A stretch of DNA of 64,000 bases from the NCBI GenBank assembly GCA_046542255.1, contig JBKHBT010000004.1, forward strand, positions 13,442-77,441, given 5' to 3'. Positions 9,357 to 19,634 of the stretch are shown here, one piece after another. The position numbers were made by a program, and so were the translations under genes. The notes below the pieces were generated by a model. That model worked only from the letters and a program-made list of their open reading frames with translations, searched no databases and was not told where the DNA came from. This stretch comes from Candidatus Zixiibacteriota bacterium. GTDB lineage: Bacteria > UBP14 > UBA6098 > JBKHBT01. Each line of letters begins with the position of its first letter. The stretch's first letter is position 1.

Positions 9357-12300
9357 ATGATAATATTTTTTAAACAAATTGGCAAAACGCGCAAGCTAGT
9401 GCTTATAGCATTTATCTTTATTGCGCTACTTAATGTTATTATTGCTGATGACGATGATTTCGATGCGCCATGTGCAAAACCACCATTCCTTACTCAGCAG
9501 ATTATGCCTAATGTCTTATTGATTCTCGATACATCAGGGTCGATGACATATGGATCATACAATGGCCGATCGAATTCTTCCTATGGTTCTTTGAGCTACT
9601 GGAGCAATGAGAACACTCAAGATTATTATGGCTATGCAGATCCAAATGAAACCTATGAATACAATCATGCTGGAGGATATTGGGAAGTTTCATCCAGCTC
9701 TACGCCTGCCTTCGATCCAGTCAATGGCCTGATTAATGGTAATTTTTACAATTACCTTTTTATGAGAAGGATAGATGTAGCCAGAAAGGCACTTATTGGA
9801 GGCAAGGTTCGCGGCGATAGGGAAACCGACCCACATATTCTTGTGTCCCAAGATTATGATGGATACTGGGAAGGCGTTCCACTTGATGGCTCATTCGATG
9901 GCATTTCCTATTATGATAACAATAATTATGCCGAAATGAATATCCAGTGGTGGAATTATGATAATTATCCACATGACTGTAAATGGCTTTTCGAAATGAA
10001 GAACGAGAAAGTATATTGCTATCTACCAGATCATAGCTGGTGTCGCCATCAGGTAACTGGTCATGGCGGTTGTGGATGGCGCTCGTGGCCAGAGGCAGTA
10101 TATAATCTGCATATCTTGCCTTCTCCCGACTATGAAGCTAAAGGCTTTGTTCAGAAAACTGCCGATAGAGTCAAATATGGCCTGATGCTATTCAATGTGT
10201 CTGAAGGTGGCAAAATGGAAGAATACATCGGTTGTCATAAAGATTCTCTCATTAAATCCATCGAGAACTGTCAGATAGGTAGCCAGACTCCACTTACCGA
10301 AGTTCTTTATGAAGCATACCTTATGTTTACAGGCCAGGAATCATGTCATAATTATATTAGGCCAGATGATATGACACTTTGGGAGACTTATTGTGGTAGA
10401 AGTCTCTGGGGCGGAAGATATTGGGTAGATTATGCCAATCACGATCCAATTGTTAACTGGTGCGAGAAGAATTTTGTAATCTATATCTCAGATGGTGCAC
10501 CAACATCGGATGGCACAATCCCAAGCTGGATCAAATATTATGATGGAGAAGGCGGCGCTACTTTAGCCGATGTTTCTTATTATATGCACACCAATGACTT
10601 AAGAAGTGATTTTATCGGTGATCAATCTGTTTATTACTATGGTTTATATATTTTTGGTTCGGATGAAAGTGCAAGAAATACACTTATAGATGCCTGTAAA
10701 AAAGGCGGTTTCGATGATTATAATAATAATAATTGGCCAGATAATCAAATAGAATGGGATAAAGATGAAGATGGCTTACCCGATAATTATTTTGAACCTC
10801 AGGATGGTGACGAACTTGCTATTGCTCTTGAAGCTGCATTTCAGGATATTCTCAAGCGTACATCTTCTGCTTCGGCTGTATCGGTGGTGTCGGCATCAAC
10901 GAAGGGAGAGGGCGCTGTCTATCAAGCGCTTTTTGCACCGGATAAGATGATAGATTTTGTAAATCTTGGATGGGTTGGGACGCTACGCTCATTCTGGATC
11001 GACCAGCAGGGCAATCTTCGCGAAGACACGGACTCGGATGAAGTGCTTCACATGATCGATGATAAGATTATCACTGTATCTTTCGATGGCGACAATACAG
11101 TGGCGACAAGATATCGCGATATTGATGGCGATGGCGTACATGATGGCGAGATTAATACAGTCCAATCAGATTCTGCAAAACCAGTATGGGATGCCGGTAA
11201 TTTGCTTCATAGAAGAGACCCTGGCAATAGGAATATTTACGTCGGAATGCCCATTTCTTCAGGTTCACAAAAGATGGATCCAATGGATTTCGATACCGAT
11301 AATAGAGACACTCTTGAGTTCTACCTCGATGTTTCCGGCGAAAGCGCCGATTCTCTGATAGAATATATCCGTGGAACAGATTACCCCGACTATAGAAACA
11401 GAACAACAGATGGCGATGTATGGAAACTTGGCGATATTATCTATGCCACACCGGTATATGTCGGCCCGCCGACAGATAGATTCGATCTAATATATAATGA
11501 CGATAGCTACCGGCAATTTTTTACTGCTTATTATGATAGGAGAGGCGTTGTCTATCAGGGTGCAAATGATGGGATGCTCCATGCTTTCAATGCCGGTCGG
11601 TACTATGAATCATCAGATGATATCGAGCGTGGATATATCGATGATAAAGGCACTTATGACCTCGGAGAAGAGATGTGGGCATACATACCACATAATATAT
11701 TGCCGCATTTGCAATGGCTTAGAGAACCTATTTACGATGATTGCCATGTATTTTATTTGGACAATGACATAAAGGCTTTCGATTGCAAAATTTGGACATC
11801 ATCATCCAAGCATCCACAGGGATGGGGAACTATGCTGGTTGCTTCGATGAGATTAGGGGGTTCTGATTATGAATTATCAGACGGAAGCACAACACAGAGA
11901 TCATCACTTATTGGTTTCGATGTTACAGACCCGGATGATCCAGAGCTTCTCTGGGAATGGAATGATTCCGATTTGGGCCATACGACAGTATATCCTGCTA
12001 TAGCAACAGTTGATGATCATTGGTACTTATTATATGGTAATGGCCCCGATGATATCGATGGAGATGCGATTGGAAATGGCAAAATCTATATCCACGAATT
12101 AGGATCAGATCAACTCACACAAGAGAAAAAGTTTGATATGGCTGGTAGCGAACATATGGGTGATCCATTGTCATTGGACATCAATGTCGATAAAAATACT
12201 GATGTATTTTATATTGGAAGTACGATTCACGACCATATTTGGCAAAATCTTGGTGGCAAAGTATATCGCGTGAATTTCTTTGACTCGCATGAGCCAGACG

Positions 12301-12992
12301 ATTGGCAGGTTTCGACTTTGATAGATATCGGTAGGCCGGTTGTTTCATCTGGTGGAGCAACGATTGACCCTTTTGGTAATCTCTGGTATTTTGCTGGCAC
12401 TGGCCATTACTTCTCGAATTTTGATGAAGTGGATAAGAATGATAATTATTTCTTTGGTATAAAGGATGAATACGTAAATACTGGCTCTGGCGAGATATAT
12501 CTCTCAGACCTCTACGATGTAACCGATATTGAAGTAATTGTAACAGATACTGGGGCGATTGTCCAGACACCTTCGGGTGACATGACCTTTGGAGAACTAA
12601 AACACGAAATAAAACAACATAAAGGTTGGTATGTGACTTTCACTAGCGGTGAAAGAATCCTTGCTGAACCTTTGGTAATCGGCGAGACCGTATTCTTCAC
12701 AACCTTCTTACCCAATGATGATGTTTGTTCATTCGGAGGGCTTAGCAAGTTATACGGGCTTAATTATATGACAGGGACCGCCAGCCCCGAACTCAATGTA
12801 TTTGGAATAGAAGACCTTACTTATGTTAAAGGAGTCGACCTTGGCGATGGAGTGCCAACCAGTCCTTCGGCACATATTGGAGTCGGCGAGAAGGCAACGA
12901 TATCCACACAGCTATCGACCGGTGAAATCGACCAGCAGAAAGCATCGGTTGCGACAACAAAGAGTGGTCCAATATTCTGGAAAGGCAAATAA
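9357..12992 (+). CDS. pilY1: PilY1-like type IV pilus tip adhesin / assembly protein with N-terminal VWA domain
   Basis: Signal peptide. VWA MIDAS motif VLLILDTSGSMTYGS plus YGLMLFN and VIYISDGAPTSDG. C-terminal PilY1 beta-propeller motifs GANDGMLHAFNAG, EEMWAYIPHNILPHL. RBS GGAGGA sits 4 nt before the ATG at 9357. The track start at 9345 is a TTG. Confidence 0.85.
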   Translation: MIIFFKQIGKTRKLVLIAFIFIALLNVIIADDDDFDAPCAKPPFLTQQIMPNVLLILDTSGSMTYGSYNGRSNSSYGSLSYWSNENTQDYYGYADPNETYEYNHAGGYWEVSSSSTPAFDPVNGLINGNFYNYLFMRRIDVARKALIGGKVRGDRETDPHILVSQDYDGYWEGVPLDGSFDGISYYDNNNYAEMNIQWWNYDNYPHDCKWLFEMKNEKVYCYLPDHSWCRHQVTGHGGCGWRSWPEAVYNLHILPSPDYEAKGFVQKTADRVKYGLMLFNVSEGGKMEEYIGCHKDSLIKSIENCQIGSQTPLTEVLYEAYLMFTGQESCHNYIRPDDMTLWETYCGRSLWGGRYWVDYANHDPIVNWCEKNFVIYISDGAPTSDGTIPSWIKYYDGEGGATLADVSYYMHTNDLRSDFIGDQSVYYYGLYIFGSDESARNTLIDACKKGGFDDYNNNNWPDNQIEWDKDEDGLPDNYFEPQDGDELAIALEAAFQDILKRTSSASAVSVVSASTKGEGAVYQALFAPDKMIDFVNLGWVGTLRSFWIDQQGNLREDTDSDEVLHMIDDKIITVSFDGDNTVATRYRDIDGDGVHDGEINTVQSDSAKPVWDAGNLLHRRDPGNRNIYVGMPISSGSQKMDPMDFDTDNRDTLEFYLDVSGESADSLIEYIRGTDYPDYRNRTTDGDVWKLGDIIYATPVYVGPPTDRFDLIYNDDSYRQFFTAYYDRRGVVYQGANDGMLHAFNAGRYYESSDDIERGYIDDKGTYDLGEEMWAYIPHNILPHLQWLREPIYDDCHVFYLDNDIKAFDCKIWTSSSKHPQGWGTMLVASMRLGGSDYELSDGSTTQRSSLIGFDVTDPDDPELLWEWNDSDLGHTTVYPAIATVDDHWYLLYGNGPDDIDGDAIGNGKIYIHELGSDQLTQEKKFDMAGSEHMGDPLSLDINVDKNTDVFYIGSTIHDHIWQNLGGKVYRVNFFDSHEPDDWQVSTLIDIGRPVVSSGGATIDPFGNLWYFAGTGHYFSNFDEVDKNDNYFFGIKDEYVNTGSGEIYLSDLYDVTDIEVIVTDTGAIVQTPSGDMTFGELKHEIKQHKGWYVTFTSGERILAEPLVIGETVFFTTFLPNDDVCSFGGLSKLYGLNYMTGTASPELNVFGIEDLTYVKGVDLGDGVPTSPSAHIGVGEKATISTQLSTGEIDQQKASVATTKSGPIFWKGK

Positions 12993-13003
12993 AAGGAGTA
13001 AAT

Positions 13004-13567
13004 ATGAAAAAGCTAATTTTGACTTTTCTTTTGATACTAATAGTAATGCCGCAAATAGCCCTGGCAAGAAGAGGCGGTGAAGAAGAATCTCGCATTGTTC
13101 CAAGAGGCAAATACGATTTCAATGTAAGCGGTTATCTTTCGGAAATTCGTGACGATATATTATTCTTTAATGACCATGTAGTAAAAATCAATCCGGGCAA
13201 GATCGAAGCCTTCGACTCTTTGGGAAGGCCGGTTGTATTTTCTTCCATAGAGCCACCTGCTTTTGTGAAGCTTGTTATGACCGAAGACAAGGATGGAAAT
13301 TTATCTGCCAGTGCGATTAAGGTAATGTATTTCCCAAAAGCCGATAGAGAACTGGGAAGAAAGTCCGTCAATAGCCTTAAAAAGCTGCATTCGGCTGCTA
13401 CATACAATTTCAAGGAAAATAGAATCGCTGAATATGGCGAAGAAGAACCCCCTCCAATCAAGGACGAAGATAAAACAAAAGAAGAAGAAGAAGAGAAAAA
13501 AGATCCTGCTGAATCGGACAGAGACAAAAAACGTAGCGGAAGTGGCCTTCAAATAGAGCGCCAGTAG
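13004..13567 (+). CDS. secreted hypothetical protein with a Lys/Glu-rich low-complexity C-terminus
   Basis: Signal peptide MKKLILTFLLILIVMPQIALA. C-terminal EEEPPPIKDEDKTKEEEEEKKDPAESDRDKK. Follows pilY1 by 11 nt. No recognisable domain. Confidence 0.5.
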   Translation: MKKLILTFLLILIVMPQIALARRGGEEESRIVPRGKYDFNVSGYLSEIRDDILFFNDHVVKINPGKIEAFDSLGRPVVFSSIEPPAFVKLVMTEDKDGNLSASAIKVMYFPKADRELGRKSVNSLKKLHSAATYNFKENRIAEYGEEEPPPIKDEDKTKEEEEEKKDPAESDRDKKRSGSGLQIERQ

Positions 13568-13680
13568 GCTAAGTAAATTTTAGTAAGTTTATCGGTATAT
13601 TATTGCAATGCAATTAAATCGCATACTTTTTGATAATTTTCATTGTGTTTTTGACCATGATGCTATAAACTTTAAAGATT

Positions 13681-15051
13681 ATGGTAAGCAATGTAAAGAT
13701 AAAGATTATAATTGTAGAAGATGATGTCGAAGCAAGAGAAACACTACTCGAAGTTCTCAATCGGAAAGAATATTCAATCAAAGGATTCGGAGTTGCCGAG
13801 GATGCCTTCGAATATATTCAGGAAAATGCCGTTGACCTTGTGATTTCTGATCTGGTGCTTCCGGGTAGATTCGATGGTATTGCCCTGCTGGAGAAGATAA
13901 AAGCCAAATATCCGAGCCTTCAGGTCATTATGGTAACCGGCCATGCAACTGTGGACACAGCAATTAAGGCAATGAAGCAGGGCGCATATGATTATCTTAC
14001 AAAGCCAATAGATATCGGAAGACTTCGTATATTGGTCGAGAAGGCTATGGAACATAGGCTTTCAGAGCTTGAGAGCAATGCTCTTGCTAGTGCAATATCG
14101 CAGGGTAAGGGCTTTCAGGGAATGTTTGGCACTTCGGAGAAATTTTTGGCAATAATCCGAAGGATTAATCTTGTTGCGCCGACAGAAAGCAATGTCCTTG
14201 TGCTGGGTGAATCCGGGACTGGTAAAGAACTCACCGCCGATGCAATTCATAATCTGAGCCAGAGAAAAGATGGGCCATTTGTCAAGGTCAATCTTAATGC
14301 TATTCCAGAGAGCTTGATTGAAAGCGAGCTTTTTGGGCATGTCCGGGGCGCATTCACCGGAGCAGATCGAAATAGAAAAGGCAAATTCCAGCAGGCAAAT
14401 GGAGGTACAATTTTACTCGATGAAATTGGCGATATGCCCTATAATCTTCAGGCGAAGCTTCTTCGAGTGATAGAAAATAAAAAAGTAACTCCGGTCGGCT
14501 CCGAAAAAGACGAAGACCTATCGATGAGAATAATCGCTTCGACAAATAGAGATCTACATAAACTAATCGATGAGGGCCAGTTCCGTAGCGATCTATTTTT
14601 CAGGCTTAGTGCTTTCACAATCAAGCTTCCGCCGCTCAGAGAGAGAAAAGAAGATATACCAATACTTGCCGACCACTTCATACAGGAAATTAATAAAAAG
14701 CTGGATAAAAATATTGCAGGAATATCAAAAGATGCTATGAAAGCTCTCGAAAGCTATTCATGGCCGGGTAATATCCGTCAGCTAGCCAGCGCAATAGATG
14801 AGATGGCGCTTTTATCCGAAAACAAAATCCTCGAAAAGCCACCTGCTTATGTAGAAGCCGAAACAAAAGAAGATGAAGCTACTGAAATAAAAATCGAAGG
14901 GCCTGTATCGCTTTCTGAAATGGAAAAAGAAGCGATTCTTTCAGCCATGGATAAAACCGGTGGAAATAAGAAAAAAGCCGCTGAAATCTTAGGAATCGGA
15001 TTAAGAACTCTTTATAGAAAACTAAAAAAATATGATTTAGAAGATTTATGA
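13681..15051 (+). CDS. sigma-54-dependent two-component response regulator (NtrC/PilR family)
   Basis: REC domain (VISDLVLPG ... YLTKP). Sigma-54 activator AAA+ motifs [23 protein letters not shown]-terminal Fis-type HTH ([23 protein letters not shown]). Confidence 0.85.
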   Translation: MVSNVKIKIIIVEDDVEARETLLEVLNRKEYSIKGFGVAEDAFEYIQENAVDLVISDLVLPGRFDGIALLEKIKAKYPSLQVIMVTGHATVDTAIKAMKQGAYDYLTKPIDIGRLRILVEKAMEHRLSELESNALASAISQGKGFQGMFGTSEKFLAIIRRINLVAPTESNVLVLGESGTGKELTADAIHNLSQRKDGPFVKVNLNAIPESLIESELFGHVRGAFTGADRNRKGKFQQANGGTILLDEIGDMPYNLQAKLLRVIENKKVTPVGSEKDEDLSMRIIASTNRDLHKLIDEGQFRSDLFFRLSAFTIKLPPLRERKEDIPILADHFIQEINKKLDKNIAGISKDAMKALESYSWPGNIRQLASAIDEMALLSENKILEKPPAYVEAETKEDEATEIKIEGPVSLSEMEKEAILSAMDKTGGNKKKAAEILGIGLRTLYRKLKKYDLEDL

Positions 15052-15107
15052 AGCTTTTTTGGGTAAAATATATTATTTTTGGACAAAATAACCGTTAGGG
15101 CATAGAT

Positions 15108-15488
15108 ATGGATAAAAAAATAAAAATTCTTGCAGTCGATGATGATTCGCATATTCGGGATATAATCTTTGTATATCTCGATAGTCTTGGATATGAAGTC
15201 GATATTGCTGTTTCCGGTGAAGAGGCTCTCGAATTATTCGATGAGAATGAATATGATCTTGTGATCACCGATATTAAAATGCCGGGGATGAGCGGTGTGG
15301 ACCTTGCCGATGAAATCTTCAAAAGGGATTTTGAAGGCGGTATCATTTTCATGACTGGTTTTTTGGGCGAATATTCAGAGGAGATGGTACTCTCTTTAGG
15401 AATCGATGCATACTTGAAAAAACCTTTTGGGATGGAATTACTTGGCAAGATTACAAATTCTGTTCTGAAAAAGAAGAACTTGGTCTAG
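15108..15488 (+). CDS. single-domain response regulator (CheY-like receiver)
   Basis: ILAVDDDSHIRD ... DLVITDIKMPGMSG ... AYLKKPF are receiver-domain motifs. 126 aa. Confidence 0.8.
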   Translation: MDKKIKILAVDDDSHIRDIIFVYLDSLGYEVDIAVSGEEALELFDENEYDLVITDIKMPGMSGVDLADEIFKRDFEGGIIFMTGFLGEYSEEMVLSLGIDAYLKKPFGMELLGKITNSVLKKKNLV

Positions 15489-15533
15489 TATAGAATCATT
15501 CTTTGCCAATAAACTAATCCCATAAATAAGAGA

Positions 15534-17315
15534 TTGGTGCTTATGTTTCTTCCAGCTTTGAAAAAAATTCCACTGGCGGTTAAAATCTTTGCGGGCTTTG
15601 TTGCTGTTCTGGCACTTGTTACTATTGGAAATATTATTTTCTATTATCAATTTTCGAAGGTTAGCGATATAAATCGAGAAAGCGCTAATACCTTCTATAG
15701 AATGTCTCAAGCCAAAAATATCAGAGAACAGATGGATGAAATGATTACCTATTTTCGCCTTTTAACCACTATGGATCTTTCAAGTATCGATGAAGAAAAG
15801 CAAAGAACAGCAAAGATAGTAGATGATTTAATAGCTAAAAGCATCAAAGCAAAGAAGAAATCCAATGATAGCAAATTGGATAATCTCGAAAATGCAATTA
15901 AAGATTTTGATGATAATAGGAAAAACTATTATGAAAAGCTCGATAATCAAAGACTCAAGCTTGCCTATAGAATTCTAAACTCCGAGATTCTAAAAGAACA
16001 ATACACCTATATTCGAAGTCTGATTAAAAGGATACCAAATGAAAAAATCTCCCAGCATGAATACTATGTCGATGACCTCCAAAGGCTAATGAAGCAAAGC
16101 TATTATATTGCCAGAATCGAGAAGCCACAGAATATGATTCCGCATGTCTGGGACAGTATTTACTCGATTCGTCCAAGGGGCGATGATGCCGAAGAGCTAT
16201 TTCTTGATATCGACCATCAGCTCGATACATTGAGATTATGGGATATACCAAAAATGTTAGCAAAGAGCGACAATGAAGATAGTCTCATTGCATATATGAT
16301 CGATTTTATCGATGAAATCGACAGTACCTTCTCGATTTTAGCTTCCGAGGAGAGGCAGATAATGGCCAGTCTCATCTCCGAGACCAGTTACAGGCAAAAA
16401 AAGACTGGGAAATTTATTATCTATGGTAGCATTGCATTTACTCTTCTATCGTTAATTGTTGCAATTTATCTTGCCAATAGGATAGCATCTCCTCTTCAAA
16501 GGCTCAGAAGCGCCACGTACCGAGCTTCACTGGGCAAATACCACCAGAGCCTCGAGATAACCACGCGAGATGAGATAGGCGGCCTCGTCGAAGATTTCAA
16601 TTCTATGATGGAGGCACTTTCGAGGCTGGATGAGATGAAAAGCCATTTTATGGCTTCGATTACACATGACCTAAAAAGCCCATTAAACAGGATAAAACAA
16701 AGAATGGCTAATATTGAAGATGGCATGTATGGGGATGTTCCCAAATGGCTCTTCGAACAGATTCAGCTATTTTTGAAAGATGTGGATACATTGTTTAATC
16801 TTGTTCACAATCATCTCGATATACAAAAAATTGAAAGCGGTAAATTCGTATTGAATATTCAACCCAATGAGATAAAGCCATTTCTGAGGCAGAGCGTTTC
16901 CAAGCATATTGTATCCTATCAGGCCAAAGGCGTTGGCCTATACCTCAAAATAGACCTGGATGAGCAGAGTGTTTTATTCGACAGTGAGCATATGTCTCGA
17001 GTTTTCGATAACCTTTTGACCAATTGTCTTAAGTATTCTACACGTGGCGACACTGTCCGGGTCATCGCAAGCATGGAGAAAGATATGATAATTATTTCTA
17101 TATCAGATGAAGGCCCAGGAATTCCAGATTCTATGAAGCCATATATTTTTGATAAATTCTATCAGGTGCCCGGTGAAAAGAAAAAGGGCAGTGGCCTGGG
17201 ATTGACCATTACAAAACAGATTATAGAAGAACACGGCGGTTGGATAAAAGTGATGGATAATAAGCCAAAAGGTTCAAAATTTCTTTTTACTATTCCTGTG
17301 AATCATAATGAATGA
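15534..17315 (+). CDS. sensor histidine kinase with two TM helices, periplasmic sensor region, HAMP, HisKA and HATPase_c
   Basis: TM1 LAVKIFAGFVAVLALVTIGNIIF and TM2 FIIYGSIAFTLLSLIVAIYLA. HAMP (IASPLQRLRSAT ... GGLVEDFNSMMEAL). H-box MASITHDLKSPLN. G-box GSGLGLTITKQIIEEHGG. Confidence 0.85.
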   Translation: MVLMFLPALKKIPLAVKIFAGFVAVLALVTIGNIIFYYQFSKVSDINRESANTFYRMSQAKNIREQMDEMITYFRLLTTMDLSSIDEEKQRTAKIVDDLIAKSIKAKKKSNDSKLDNLENAIKDFDDNRKNYYEKLDNQRLKLAYRILNSEILKEQYTYIRSLIKRIPNEKISQHEYYVDDLQRLMKQSYYIARIEKPQNMIPHVWDSIYSIRPRGDDAEELFLDIDHQLDTLRLWDIPKMLAKSDNEDSLIAYMIDFIDEIDSTFSILASEERQIMASLISETSYRQKKTGKFIIYGSIAFTLLSLIVAIYLANRIASPLQRLRSATYRASLGKYHQSLEITTRDEIGGLVEDFNSMMEALSRLDEMKSHFMASITHDLKSPLNRIKQRMANIEDGMYGDVPKWLFEQIQLFLKDVDTLFNLVHNHLDIQKIESGKFVLNIQPNEIKPFLRQSVSKHIVSYQAKGVGLYLKIDLDEQSVLFDSEHMSRVFDNLLTNCLKYSTRGDTVRVIASMEKDMIIISISDEGPGIPDSMKPYIFDKFYQVPGEKKKGSGLGLTITKQIIEEHGGWIKVMDNKPKGSKFLFTIPVNHNE

Positions 17316-18672
17316 GAATTTATCTCCAACAGAACCATATGCACAAACAAATCTTGACGAAGCTCAAGAAAGAATTTTATCCCTTGTCGATGATGGCAAA
17401 TATATTGAAGCCTGTGAGCTTCTTGTTCTTTATCCTCCAGCCTTTTGCGCTCAAATAATCGAAAATCTTAATTCTGATGAAAAAGATGAGGTATTCTTTC
17501 GTCTTCCTATTGAAAATGCGGCTGATATTCTCATGGAACTCACAGAAGACAGCCTACATGAGCTTATCGATAAGATCTATGATGATACATTGATTAAACT
17601 GCTGAAAGAACTTGAAACCGATGATGCCGTCGATATTTTGCAGATGGTTCCCGAGGAGCAAGCTCAAAGAGTCCTTGAGATATTACCAAATGAATTCACA
17701 CGTTTATTCCTTTTGCCAGAAGATACTGCCGGCGGTATCATGGAATCAGAATATGCTAGCCTGCCGGGAGATATGACAATCGGTAGGGCTGTTCTGGTGC
17801 TGAAAAAATTTACCGAAAGAATCGATGAGATATTCCAGATTTTTTTGGTCGATAAAAAAAATAGATTGATAGGCATCCTTCCTGTACAACGGCTTTTGAT
17901 AAATGATAGACTGCAAAGACTCGATTCAATAGCCGATAGGCCAGATTTTGTCATCACTGTCGATCAGGACCAGGAAGAAGCAGCAAAGATGTTTAGGCAG
18001 AATGACCTGATTAGTGCGCCTGTTGTAGATGAAGATGGTAAACTCATCGGAAGAATCACCATCGATGATATCATCGATGTTTTGGATGAAGAGGCGACCG
18101 AAGATAGCTATCGTATGGTAGGTATCGGCGGCGAAGAATATTCGCCTTCGAGTTTTCACCTTATAAAAGGCCGCTTGCCCTGGTTGGTGATGAGCCTCGG
18201 CGCTGAAATTATATCCGGTTTGGTGATTACGCACTTCGATGCAACATTGCGTGAATTTGTGATTCTTGCCAGTTTTATTCCACTGATTATGGCGATGGGT
18301 GGAAATGTTGGAGTACAGTCGGCTACTGTTGTTATCAGGCGAATTGCATTGGACACTTTTCAAGGTATAAATCGTAGAAGGCTTATATTCAAAGAAATTA
18401 GTGCAGGAATGATCCTTGGTCTGATTTTTGCAATTGTTTTGACTTTTGTAGGCCTTAGTTGGGGAAATATCAAAGCTGGCATGGTTGCGGGAATTGCTAT
18501 CTTCACAGCAATGACTATTTCTTGCACGGTTGGATGCTTTTTCCCGATTATTTTAAAGAGATTTGGACAGGACCCCGCTTCTGCAACTGGCCCATTTATT
18601 ACGGCTTTCAATGATGTTTTAGGACTTTTTATTTACTTCTTGATTGCAACGGCTCTACTAGTTAAATTATAG
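17308..18672 (+). CDS. mgtE: magnesium transporter MgtE
   Basis: MgtE N-domain, tandem CBS (ESEYASLPGDMTIGRAV; LISAPVVDEDGKLIGRITIDDIIDVL), and C-terminal 5-TM MgtE channel domain. Start overlaps the HK stop by 8 nt. Confidence 0.9.
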   Translation: MNENLSPTEPYAQTNLDEAQERILSLVDDGKYIEACELLVLYPPAFCAQIIENLNSDEKDEVFFRLPIENAADILMELTEDSLHELIDKIYDDTLIKLLKELETDDAVDILQMVPEEQAQRVLEILPNEFTRLFLLPEDTAGGIMESEYASLPGDMTIGRAVLVLKKFTERIDEIFQIFLVDKKNRLIGILPVQRLLINDRLQRLDSIADRPDFVITVDQDQEEAAKMFRQNDLISAPVVDEDGKLIGRITIDDIIDVLDEEATEDSYRMVGIGGEEYSPSSFHLIKGRLPWLVMSLGAEIISGLVITHFDATLREFVILASFIPLIMAMGGNVGVQSATVVIRRIALDTFQGINRRRLIFKEISAGMILGLIFAIVLTFVGLSWGNIKAGMVAGIAIFTAMTISCTVGCFFPIILKRFGQDPASATGPFITAFNDVLGLFIYFLIATALLVKL

Positions 18673-18677
18673 GCAAT

Positions 18678-19613
18678 ATGAATAGAGACAAAATATTAAT
18701 AATCGATGATGAAATTGAAAACCTTAGCATATTAAAAGTCAGATTGGAATCGAGCGATTTTGACGTTGTAACAGCCGACAATCCGAGATTTGGAATAAAT
18801 CTTGCCAAAAAGGAAAATCCCGACTTGATTCTGCTGGATTTGAATATGCCAGAGATGGATGGCTATGAAGTTTGCAAACATCTTAAGAATGATTTTGTGA
18901 CTTCGAATATACCTATTATAATGCTTACCTGTATGGATTCCCTCGATCATAAACTAAATGGCCTCGAAGGCGGAGCAGATGATTATCTGGTCAAAGACAA
19001 AATCGAATATCGAGAAATTGCAGCCCGAGTCCGCAGCCATCTTCGCAGAAATAGAACCAATATGTCAGCAAGCCCTCTGACCAAGCTGCCCGGAAATGTC
19101 GCAATCGAAAGAAAAGCCAAAGAGATTATCGCAAATAAAGAGCCATTTGTACTTGGTTATCTGGATATTGACAATTTTAAGGCCTATAATGATTATTATA
19201 GTTTTGAACAGGGTGATAAGATTATCCAATTTATCGCAAAAAGCCTTGTTAAGGTAGTTAGAAAGCTTGGTAGGCAGGGAGATTTTGTCGGCCATATTGG
19301 TGGTGATGATTTTGTTTTCATTACAGTACCCGAAAAGGCAGAAGAGATCGCCGATGCCACTGTCAGATGGATAGATAAGGTCGCACCCCAGCTATATAAT
19401 GAACATGACAGAGAAAATGGATGTATAACAGCTAAAGATCGCGAAGGAAATCTAAAGAAATTTGGCTTCATTGGCGTAACCATTGCTCTTGTCGAATATA
19501 ATCCAGACTATACATTGCTTTCTGAGTACTCCGAAGATGCATCCAGGATAAAGAAAATGCTCAAAAATGAAGGTGGCTCGAGATATGCTACGAGCCAGAT
19601 TCTTAAAAGGTAG
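18678..19613 (+). CDS. response regulator with receiver plus GGDEF-like domain carrying a GGDDF variant motif
   Basis: REC (ILIIDDEIENL ... LILLDLNMPEMDG ... DYLVKD). GGDEF-domain landmarks SPLTKLPGN, LDIDNFKAYND, HIGGDDF. Starts 6 nt after mgtE. Confidence 0.8.
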   Translation: MNRDKILIIDDEIENLSILKVRLESSDFDVVTADNPRFGINLAKKENPDLILLDLNMPEMDGYEVCKHLKNDFVTSNIPIIMLTCMDSLDHKLNGLEGGADDYLVKDKIEYREIAARVRSHLRRNRTNMSASPLTKLPGNVAIERKAKEIIANKEPFVLGYLDIDNFKAYNDYYSFEQGDKIIQFIAKSLVKVVRKLGRQGDFVGHIGGDDFVFITVPEKAEEIADATVRWIDKVAPQLYNEHDRENGCITAKDREGNLKKFGFIGVTIALVEYNPDYTLLSEYSEDASRIKKMLKNEGGSRYATSQILKR

Positions 19614-19634
19614 ATAATCGAGGAGTATCGACTG

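Noticed and set aside
17308-17340. M-box (ykoK) Mg2+ riboswitch upstream of mgtE, and TPP riboswitch upstream of thiL
   Set aside because: mgtE overlaps the upstream kinase gene and thiL abuts the DJ-1 gene. Neither has a leader region that could hold a riboswitch.
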